A DNA stretch of 58,077 bases, filler included, from Jimgerdemannia flammicorona (Eukaryota): assembly GCA_003990765.1 (NCBI GenBank). It is 3 parts of 3 records of this genome, joined end to end, with 100 filler letters (N's around TTAATTAATTAA, not from the genome) between each part and the next. Parts side by side here need not be neighbours in the genome. Positions count along the whole stretch, not along the records: positions 38,787 to 58,077 come from RBNJ01001980.1; 2 more parts are not named here. One strand, given 5' to 3'. The notes under the pieces were generated by a model that was not told the DNA's origin, searched no databases, and was given only the letters and a program-made list of their open reading frames with translations. Of this stretch, positions 47,709 to 58,077 are shown piece after piece (the first letter of the stretch is position 1; each line of letters begins with the position of its first letter). Both the position numbers and the translations under genes were made by a program.

Positions 47709-48907
47709 GGAGCTCTACTATGGAATCATCACATATCTGGGACAGCAAAAGATGCCCCAACACCTGGAAGAATGGACACAAATGATTATCAACAGAACAT
47801 GGAAACAATTTGAAACTGATGGACAAATACTGAAGAAAGGAAAACTACTAGTTATACCAGAACACAAGAAGGAGTAAGCAATGAAATCAGTATATGAACT
47901 TGGCCATCTAGGAAGAACAAATACATACAACAAGGCAAGAAGAACAATATGGTGGCCAGAAATGGAAAAAGATATCAGACAATTTGTCAAAACCTGCGAC
48001 AAATACCAGAAACAGAAACAAGATCAACAAAACCAAGTCTCAGGATCAGCATATATAGAACTAGTACTATTTGCCCATATAGCAATAGATGTAATCAGCC
48101 CTCTACCCTTGACCCTGACTGGTAACTGATATATTATTGTCATCATAGACCTTTTTACAAAGTAGATAGAAGCAGGACCTCTCAAGGAAGCCAATGCACA
48201 GTCAATCGCTGATTTCTTCCACAAAGAAATCATCTGCTGGTTTAAGACCCCAATGCAAGTAACTGTAGATAGAGGAATAGAATTTGTGAATCAGTTCTTT
48301 GAGGTTCTCTATAAGAAGTATATATAAGATCCAGTACATTTGGACTACAGCCTATTATCCTCAAGGAAATGGACAAGCAGAAAGGACTAACAAGACCCTC
48401 AAGAACATTATCGCCAAGATCTGTGATAACTATGAAAACTGGGATCACTATCTGCCAATAGCATTATCTGCTCTCCAAGATATCAGATCACAAAGTACCC
48501 ACTTTACCCCTTGAGAAATGCTGTTTAGAGAAGAAAGTTCTCAAGAAATCCTATTGTCTAATAGGGATGCTGTATGGAAACATGTGGATGGAGAAATATG
48601 GAGACTACACCAAATCAGGAAGAAGGCTGAGGATTACATAATGAAGGTACAAGTACTACAATAGAAGAATGTAGAAAAAACCCACAAACCCCTGGAGATT
48701 ATCAAGATAGGAGACAAAGTCCTGGTGTATCGGAACATGGTAGAAGCCTCATGGTCATGAAAACTGGAGCCCAAGTAGGAAGGACCTTACCTTGTGCAAG
48801 ATATAAAGGGAACCACCTTTCGGCTATGAAAACTCTCAGGCACAATCATCCCCACTACCATCCACCAAAACTGACTCAAGAAGTATCATGACCAGTCAAT
48901 GAAGTAA
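47701..48907 (+). pseudogene. ORF2 integrase, copy 2 (own ATG overlapping the ORF1 stop)
   Basis: ATGAATAA junction. GHLG..WWPEM..CDK, YPQGNGQAERTN, EGPY. Confidence 0.88.
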
Positions 48908-49349
48908 TACTGCTACCCTCAGAATTACTAGCATGGCCCAGTAAGCCATTGAAAGACAGTAGTGTTCTACCGAGCCACCAACAATGGAAGAATCCTTTGA
49001 TAGCATCCAGAGTATAGTGCAAACACACTTGTCACAAATCTCACATTTCAAGGCCTACCAGAACCAAACTAAGTTCCAGGAATACTTCAAGTTGGGACAG
49101 CTACTGAATTCAAGACTGAAGATGGGAAAAGAAGACTGGATTAGAGAATGTCAACTCTCCTACACTCAGATCATGATTGCAAAAAGGGTGCATAAGTTAT
49201 TTAAAGACGATGAGTCAGCCTTAGCCCATTTCTGAGGAGTAACCCCAGGAGACTTTGGATATGTCAAGAGACAATATTAGAAGGATGTAATGACACAAAT
49301 CACACAGTATAAGGAAATATAAATTATAGAAGCCAGGGAATTTGAGTGA
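48888..49349 (+). pseudogene. ORF3 accessory protein (153 aa), copy 2
   Basis: Contains ORF 48984-49235 (MEESFDSIQ...EYFKLGQLLN...AKRVHKLFKDDESALAHF). Extends in frame through stops to 154 codons, as in copy 1. Confidence 0.75.
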
Positions 49350-50289
49350 ATAGGATACTCCAGAGATAAATCACCTATTCAGGAGGAAGATGTGACAGCT
49401 GATCTGAATTAGTAACATGAAATAGGGGAATTAGACATTTGATTGCGGTACCTGAATCTGATTCCCAATATAGCTTAGCCTCATAAATAGCAGCCACATT
49501 CCACAAAGTGCAGAAACTTTAATATTTGCAAGGATTTAGGAGATGTTAGAATCTTCGCAATCAGCGAAATCTTAGCAGATGTTAAAAGATTCAGTACTTG
49601 CAAAATGAGCAATTACTTAGCCACCTTATAGTTAACAAAACTTGTATAAATAACCCAGTATCTTAGAGTGAATAAAGCTCAGATCAAAATAGTTTAAAAG
49701 CAAAGAGATAGTAAAGGAACTAGTAAGCCTGTGGGCAGATATACTTCAAACTCATCCACCTCTATATCCCAAGGACTCCGAGGAGTCAGAGAAGATCAAG
49801 TATTCAAGATACTGAAATCTGACGTACTTTCAAGAGTAAGTGTCCACTATGTTACACTAGATATACCTACTATAGATAGTAATCTATAATGAATAATATA
49901 GTAACTAAATAGTAACTACAACTGTATAAAATACTCCAGAGATAATAGTGATTAAAAAATCAATCCAAAAAAGTTCAAAAAGCAAAAAACCAGTCTGTCT
50001 TTTATATTTTGTAAGAAACTCTATAGCTATTACTTAGAGATTGTAAGCTTACTTTCCCCACTTTGGTTCACTTTCTAATATAAAGAATAAGTTTGTTTTT
50101 CAAGAAAAGTATATTTTTAGTTTACTATTTAGATAAGTGAAGAGAAATCTATTATTTCCAGAGAGCTCACTATGAAATCTTGCTATAAGTCAGTCTATCT
50201 GATATAACTTTACAGTAGAGCTAGTATATTATAACCTCATATAAATAAAGCCAGTCTTTGATAAAGAATATATATCTGAGCTATTTGTA

Positions 50290-50460
50290 TAATCTAAGTT
50301 ATTGAATTACCTGTCATCTGAGTTATCTAAGTTATTTAAATTATCCAAGTTATCTAAGTTATCTAATATTTCCAGAAGGCTACCAGTTCTATAATAATCT
50401 ATATCATCTGAGTTATCTGAGTTATCTAAATTATTTGTACTATCTAAGTTATTATTCAAA
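50290..50460. repeat. Degenerate 9-bp tandem repeats (GTTATCTAA/GTTATCTGA)
   Basis: Two runs of about 5 units each. Confidence 0.6.
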
Positions 50461-52499
50461 AAATATACTAATAAAGCAGAATCTATACTAAATCAAGTTA
50501 TTTATCCAAATTACATAAGGAAGTCTCCTAAGATTGTCTCAATAGAAATTACATACTTTTGGAGATTATTATACTATATAGATCATTATATAGAGATCAC
50601 TCTACTCAAGAATAAAACTAATAAATTACTGGACTATTATATATAAAATAATCACTATACTATATAGAGATTATCATACTATACAAGAGATTATCATATA
50701 GAAATTGTATACTTTTGAAGAATGCTCATACTATATATACACCAATTACCACTATACTCAGAGAATCATTCTAATAAGAGAATTGATACATAAATTGACT
50801 GTTGTATCCAGACTTGACTATTATATCACTAAATATTAATAAGGATATCAGAAATTCTAGAATATTTTATTGCTTTGGCAAAGTAACTATGGGCTTAAGC
50901 CAAACTATATTAATCTCTAACTTTGTAATTTGTCTCTATTAAGCTGGGCACATTACATTATATATATATAAATATATTTTTAAAATATTTATAATAATCA
51001 AAATCTACCGAAATAGTCAAAATTACTAAATATATAACTAAATAATATAAAAGATAGTAAAAAAACAAAATAAAGTATATAAATAAGTCTATAAAAGTAA
51101 AAAATAAAGAATATAAAAAAATAATATATATTCTATATTATAATTATATATTTTATTTTGAGGTATTTTTAAAAGAAAAAAAAGAAAAAGAGATTTATTA
51201 GAAAAAATTAATAATATATATACTTAAGAATAGAAATATAACTTTAAAGATAGTTTTAGTATTAATCTTTTATATTAATTATAACTTATTATAATTACTC
51301 ACTACTACTCACTATTCCTAAAGACTATTTTTATTAATATATCTTATTAAAGTAATATTTACTTTTAATATAATACTATAGGTATAAATATCTAATATAT
51401 TATATTAGATATTTGCTTATCTATTTTATTAAAAATGAAATAATCTCACAATCTAGAAAATAAGTTGTAAACTATTTAGATAGATATTTAAGATTCAGAT
51501 AATTATATCAGATAGAGTTTTGTTTTGGAATATAAGATAGAAGAGAGTATTCTACTATATACTGTATAGTTATATTTAACAGATTACTGAATAAATAAAG
51601 CTATTAATTTGATGATCTGGCCTTCAAGACTATAATTTAGTAAATAATATAGTTATGAATATTATGATAATAAATTCAGCCTTAAATCTATGCCAAATTG
51701 AAGTCATCAGATGATTAATCTGAAATTTTATTTTTAAGATAACAGATAGTCTTAAGTTGTGAGAGTAGTTGATCTTAAATTAATAGTCTTAATTTGAGAG
51801 ACTGTCTAATCTCTCAATTTAAGACTACTCTCAATTTAAAACTATCTGCTCTCAACTTATGATCTCAATTAAAGCTCTTTAAGACTATCTAATATCTTAA
51901 TTATTTTATTTTTAATTTATTTTATTAAATATACTAGAATAGTTAATAATGATCTCAATAAGGATAGTGAGATTTTAATTATATATATTTCTCTTTTATG
52001 AATATTAAACTATGTTAAAATTTTCTCTTCTATAATTTTCATCTCTATTTAGTAAGTGGCTATTTAATTTAGAGATTTTAAAATACTATCTTCTTTAATT
52101 CTAAATATATAAGAGATTTTAGTATAAAAAAGTACTTCAAACTCTCAGATTAATAGAAAGTATATAGCTTTGACATCTGTCTCCTAATTGGCTTCAAATT
52201 GATAGAAATTCTCTATCTTACAGTTTTGACCTCTATCTGTTAGTAGTTCTTTATTTGGAAGTTTTCAGAACTTTCTTTAATTTTAAGTATATTAGAGATT
52301 TTGGTAAAATAAAGTACTCTAAACTTTTATTTTAGTTCCAGATTAATAGAAAGTATATAGCTTTAATCTCTATCTATATATTCTTCTAACTTATAGTTTT
52401 GATCTTTACTCTTAATGAGAGATTTTAATATCTACTTCATGATTTATAGCTATATCTTATATATATAAACAGATCTATTATTAATCTAGATAATAATTT

Positions 52500-53800
52500 C
52501 AAATATTCTCTTTAATAGCTTTGATTTCTGCCTTATTACTACATATATTATTAAATTAAAATAGAGCTCAATTAAATCAATTAGATCATTCTGATTACTT
52601 AAAGACTATCAAAAATATAATATAATATTTTTAGAAATTTCATAAGTTATAATCTCATAGTATTTATACATAATATTACTGAATAATTTAAAATTAATAA
52701 AAAGGTTTTACATCAAGCTCTGAAAATAATTATCAATTATTTAGATTCTAAAACTATTCTGGTTACTGAAAAAAAGAAAAACTTGTTAGATATTGTCTTA
52801 ATATATAATAACTTGGATTTGGCTTGTCAAAATCTTCAATTAATTATTCAGTTATACAGATAGTTAAAACTAGATAATATTTATTTTCTATAATAAAAAA
52901 CCCAGATTGAGATTAGTGAAATAGATTTTTAGCTTATTATTTAACTATATCTTTCAGAAAATCTAAACTACTAATATCAGCAAGAGCTTAAAAAGATAAT
53001 TCTTTTATTATTAATAATTATTTTGATAAAATTTAAAATATTATTAATAAATATTCTCTTACTATTAAGTAGATAAAAAATATAGATAAAACTACTTTTA
53101 GTCTTTTTGAAAAACTTCAATATATCTTAACTCTAAAAGATACTTAATATATATCTAAAGTATCAGTAGCAAATATAATAGATTATATATATATCTATTT
53201 ATATAATAATTTCTACTACTTATTTTATAATACTATTAATAATCATCTATAAAGAAAAAAGAGCTATTAAGAATTACTTAGATAAAGTACTATCTGGTAT
53301 AGTTATAAGATTTACTAAAAAAGGATATATAGAAAAAGTTCTCTTTAATCAATATATTCAATATTTTATTTACTCAATTTTACCAATAAGATCTATATTA
53401 ATAAGATATATTCTATTTATATTTAATAGATATAAAAGTTATATTTATCTTTTAAATATTAAAGCTTATAAGACTAATAATATTTTGTTATTAATAATAT
53501 TTTCAAATAAAATATATATATTATAGTTCTATCAGCTTTCTTTCAAGACTTTAAAAGCTAAATATAATAATATTTATAATCAATATTGTAATATAAACAA
53601 TAGAGCTATAGTTACAAAATATATATTTATAAGACTCTTTAATAAAGCTTATGTGAAGACTTATATAGCTAGAAGAATTATTAATATATTTAAATATACT
53701 AATACTTTATCAGTAGATTATAATACTATTTCTATTAATATATTAGCACTATCTTTATTAACTTAGTATATTATATCTTTTTAACCTTATCTTAGCATAA
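52500..53800 (+). pseudogene. Heavily mutated pogo/Fot1-like DDE transposase relic
   Basis: TpA-shifted motifs in the expected order: FTKKGYIEKVLFNQYIQ, LFIFNRYKSY (cf. LLIxDGHxSH), FFKTLKAKY, IINIFKYTNTLSVD (cf. NIxxGFxxxGIxP). Confidence 0.5.
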
Positions 53801-54240
53801 ATTTTTATCTGAATCTTATATTGAAACTTAATCTCAATCTCTTTAACTTCAATCTCTATCTGAATTATAATCTCAGCTTTAATTATTTCAACTTCAACCA
53901 TTATATATCTAACTTTTAATACCAGAAAAGAAGATAAAAATATTAAAGCATAAAGTAAACTCTTTAAGAAATAAATTAATATTGCTTAGAGAAAAAAATC
54001 TACAGAAAGTAAACTTTTTAAAGAATGAATTAATATTACTTAGAGAAAAAAATCAAGAATTAAAATATTTTAAAATAATATCATTAGTAACTATATATAT
54101 TCAAATATCTTATTTAACCATCTAAATTACCTCAATTAAACAAAGAAGAATTAATAAAAAGAAAACAATTTCTATATACTTAATTATTAATAACTGAAGA
54201 AATATATCAAATTTTCAAGCAGCAAGAAGATAATAAATAG

Positions 54241-54329
<89 letters not shown>

Positions 54330-55229
54330 AAAAAAAAGAAAGAATAAAAAATAAGAAAGAAATAAAATATAAAGAAATAAAGTAAAAAAAAAGAAGATAT
54401 AAAAAAGAAAAAGCAAAAAGATAAAAAGAAAATACAAAAAATAAATAAATAAATAAATAAATATTATAGATCAATGAAGACAATAGATAACTACTTGTAG
54501 TTATCTTATATATTAGCTTTAGATATTAATAGTAAGTTATATATATTATAATTATTCTAGTTCTAGATATTAGCAATAAGATATATTTTCTATATATAGT
54601 CTCTTTTAGTATTATTATATTCTTTTAAGTTGAATACTTATATATTTATCTTTACTTTACTTTAAATTCTATATCTACACTTATTCTGTTTTATTCTTTT
54701 TTTCATAAATTTCTTGATACTATTTTTTGTTGGAGCAGACTTTATAGTCTTTTTCTTTTTAGAATATTCCAAATAGGCTATATTTGTATAAATATTACAT
54801 TTATATATAATTTTATAATTATCTTACTGAGATAGATTAGTTGTATAAAGAGATTGAATACTTTTAAAGCTAAGCTATACTTGATTGAGTATGATTAATA
54901 GAATTGGTAAATATGAAAGTAGGTATAAAGTAAAGAAGTAATATTATAGATCTGAGAGTAGTTAGACTTCTAACTTACTATCTACTATTACTATTGATAT
55001 ATATAATATATAGCTTATTAGTTTCTAGGAGTCTGCTAATTGAATTATCAAATGAGTCATTCTATAACTCAAGTGTACTTTTCTTCAGTAACACTGATTA
55101 TTATTGAAGAGGTATTAAAATAAAAACTCATATATTCAATCTATAGATATTCTTAAAGAACTTGAGTAAAAGTGAAATTATATATAAAAGGAGAGCATAC
55201 TAGCTGATAGTATAATAATATAAATGAAG

Positions 55230-55231
<2 letters not shown>

Positions 55232-55260
<29 letters not shown>

Positions 55261-56428
55261 TGAACTCAATGTCTTGTGGATTTTTATTGGAAGGGAACCT
55301 AGACTATATAGGCCAAAACCCTCTCCCACCACCCATCAAGCACTGTCTCCCTATTAACCCAGGCTAGCTATTATCTACCAGCTCAACCATATCAGGTACA
55401 GTAGGACCTATGGCAGCCCGCACCTCATTCTGCACACCATCTCTCCCTACTACCAGGGGAAACCCAGCCATATGCCAATGACCAAAAGCATATACCTGAG
55501 AATCCAATGTATGTATAAGGCCATGTCTGAGCTGAATAGAATAGCCTCTGCCACCCCAAAGAGAATGACAGATAAAGAAAAAATCCTTATCAAAGCACAA
55601 CATAGTCGGTAGAGGCTAGTTCTCTCAGTTGAGGTGAGTAAAGAACTTACACATGAGGTGGGAGGAGACTCCCAATACTCCACTACTCAAGTCTGCAGGT
55701 CTCAATCACATTGCTATTTCAGCTCTTGGTTCTAGTTGAGTATAGCCAAGATGCCTAAAATGGGTAGCCTTGGGCCCCCTGACTCCCTCAGATGACTGGG
55801 ACCCAATCTGCTTAATTGCCAAAAGAAGCTGAGAGTGATACCTACTATCTAACTATGCCGCACCAATCAAAAGGCCCCACTGAAGAAGCACCCACTCCAG
55901 CCCCAATGACTGCCCTTAGCCTGGTACTCTACTGGTTTACTGTTATTGTCCTTCTTCTTATCTGTGATAGCCATCTCTCCTCCCATCCTAACAATACCTA
56001 AAAAGCAGTCACCTATACCAGAACTGTGCTCATCAGGAAGCTCACCAAAGCCAGAGGGCCCCATTACAAGCACTGAGGACCTGCAGGTAACCTACACTGA
56101 GCACTTGATGCCTAAGGTCAGCTGACTCTCTACATAGTCCAAGAAATACCGAGACAGTACCTTATTAGCAATGACAAAAGGAAGAAGATACTACACCAAA
56201 ACAGATATACTTCAGATATAGCCGAAGGCACCAGAAACTGCTAAAAAGTGGAGAAGACACTGATCTGACACTAATAAAGAGGCAACTTATCACTATTGCC
56301 TCCCTCCCACTATACTGCAACAGGTACAGCAAACCAACCTGAGGTAGAGGGGATAATAATTATAGAAAGTGGACTTGGAAGGTTGCCTACCAAACCATTG
56401 TGACCAGTAAGATAGTGGAGAAAGGATG
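55232..56428 (-). mobile_element. 5'-truncated polyA non-LTR retroposon (copy 2), 13-bp TSD
   Basis: PolyT at 55232-55258. TATAAATGAAGTC is duplicated at 55219-55231 and 56429-56441. Homologous to 16779-17844 and ~120 bp longer at the 5' end. Confidence 0.88.
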
Positions 56429-56865
56429 TATAAATGAAGTCATTGATTAAGTGACCTAAGAGATGGGTGCAGATCTATATAAAGAGATCTATAAGAGAGT
56501 AAATATGAATGAGATAAATGAGAAAAATATGTTGCAACTACTCTCAGTATACATACTATTATATTTTAAGTTATACTGAAATCTATAATTCAAATATCTT
56601 TTTTTTATAAAAAAAAACTGAAGAGAATTTATAAATATATGTCTATTGGCATTATGTAGATGACAAAAGATTCTTTTGTTTGAAAGCAATGTAATTTTGC
56701 AGACAAATATACAGGAAGAAGTATATAAGGTGGACTATCAATATAAGCTGCATCAATCAGCATAGTGTAGGGTCTCTATGGCAAGCAAAACAATGTCCAA
56801 AGCGCGATATAAGGATGGAAGTTTTGACAAAGATGTATAATTTTGCAAGCATATAATTATTTCCC

Positions 56866-57057
56866 ATTGACCAGAACCATGATCCTATGGATATTTTGTC
56901 GATTTTCTCTGTAAATAATCATCCAAATCCAATAAAATGTATATTTCCAGAAGGCCCTAAATCAGGCGAATCCAGCACACTTAGTTAAGTTGAATTTGGA
57001 TGAATATTCATGGGGAAAATCGATAAGCCGTCCACAGGTCGTAGTTTCAGTTGACCA
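56866..57057. repeat. Imperfect ~65-bp inverted repeat (MITE-like hairpin)
   Basis: 56866-56932 (…GATCCTATGGATATTTTGTCGATTTTCTCTGTAAATAATCATCCAAATCCAA) pairs with 56990-57055 (TTGAATTTGGATGAATATTCATGGGGAAAATCGATAAG…). Confidence 0.65.
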
Positions 57058-57197
57058 GTGCGGCATGCATTTGCAGAATACACGATTGTGTGACAGACAC
57101 TAATTCGTTTTCGGTGGTGGAATTTGATAGAATGTGACGTTACGGTTAATTTAAAAGTTTGCATCCTTTTGCCGGTTGCTTTTGTCTCTTATGCTTA

Positions 57198-58077
57198 ATG
57201 TCTTCGTTTAAACATTTGGGAAAGAAAATTAAGGCCAGCTTCAGGTCGCACAAGACCCAAGCTGATACGACAGATACGACGGAGATACGCGCTGATACGA
57301 GCACTGCGACTATAGAGAATTCGCCAGAGTCACCCACTGTCCCAATGCAAGACATTACCAGAATGACGCTAGATACGACAGAGACAAGCGGGGGTGCGCC
57401 AGGGACAGTAAAGACACGGGCTGATGCGCTAGAGGCACGCATGGATACTACAGAGACACGCGGTGATGCACTACAAACACGCATTGATACGACAGGGACA
57501 GGCGCCGATACGCCAGAAGCACGCATCGTTCCACCTTCTGTCCAAATTCAAGATCCTGTTAGAGGCACTGAGTTTGTGGACGATGGTCTCACACCCGAAA
57601 TGGCACGCAACCGTTCCACTGACGTTAGGGACGATCCTTTCACACTCGAAACGGCCATACTAAACGCTGAGGTAACAATCATCGCTTTCTCGGTAATAAT
57701 CGTTCCCCGCGATAATTCTGCTAATGGTTATATCTTACATCCTGTTGATATCCCTGCCTTCTCCTTTTTTTCTAGATTACCCCAGAAGTTACTGAGAAAG
57801 AAGATCAGCTATCAGGCACACGGCATAACAAGTCGAAAGGAAACGGCAAAGGGGTGCATATTTTTGTTTTTTTCTCTATATTCGTTCTTTCTAGGGGCTC
57901 TGTATTCCTGTTCTTAACCTTTCTGTCATCATTTCAAAGGTGACTTCAACTGCCTCAGGCTCCGCCGGTCGACCTAGAAATCCTCTCGTACCTGATCATC
58001 TCCAAACGAAAGACGTGTATCGGTGGAGCTACGATGACGTAGTCGCATTCCTAAGCGCCAACCTCGAGACGTGGGAG
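57198..58077 (+). CDS. 5' part of a multi-exon gene (57198-57671, 57776-57853, 57940->end) with 14-aa repeats and the start of a SAM-like (Crinkler-type) domain
   Basis: Phase-consistent GT-AG introns. Repeats RMDTTETRGDALQT/RIDTTGTGADTPEA. Exon 3 reads DVYRWSYDDVVAFLSAN, resembling a SAM N-terminus (WxxxDVxxFL). Confidence 0.6.

Larger units (their letters stand above)
43138..49856 (+). mobile_element. Full-length Ty3/gypsy LTR retrotransposon with dUTPase (copy 2)
   Basis: LTRs 43138-43603 and 49391-49856. CTAG TSD at 43134-43137 and 49857-49860. PBS-like TGGTGTCCATTAGCTGG at 43607; purine tract AGGAGGAAGA before the 3' LTR. Confidence 0.95.

Noticed and set aside
48984..49235. ORF3 as an envelope gene or chromodomain
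   Set aside because: No signal peptide, TM helix or chromodomain aromatic pattern; kept as an unknown accessory ORF.
54187..54483. Poly-Phe ORFs
   Set aside because: Translation of a ~88-nt polyA and A-rich tract; its length may be an assembly artefact.

Overview
Eukaryotic, almost certainly fungal, genomic DNA, judged from short GT-AG introns and Zn(II)2Cys6-type genes. CpG-normal gene islands (~0.3-9.9, 29.5-35.1 and 56.8-58.1 kb) alternate with CpG-depleted, TpA-rich transposon blocks. Mobile elements: (1) a full-length Ngaro-type tyrosine-recombinase retrotransposon with split direct repeats and a SAP-like Gag N-terminus; (2) two full-length Ty3/gypsy elements of one family in opposite orientations, each with a CTAG 4-bp TSD, one nested in an older relative; (3) two 5'-truncated polyA retroposons with 16- and 13-bp TSDs; (4) Ty1/copia, gypsy and pogo-like relics. 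The most unusual object is the gypsy family. Gag-PR-(Cys/His motif)-dUTPase-RT-RNaseH appear to form one ORF. The integrase is a separate +1-frame ORF whose ATG overlaps the upstream stop (ATGnnTAA). A conserved 153-aa ORF3 follows in the env position. Host genes: ankyrin and NPP/alkaline-phosphatase-family pseudogenes, a 4-exon unknown gene, two paralogous C-terminal zinc-cluster genes and the start of a SAM/Crinkler-like gene. Two scaffold gaps carry artificial TTAATTAATTAA linkers. All calls come from manual reading; no database searches were run.
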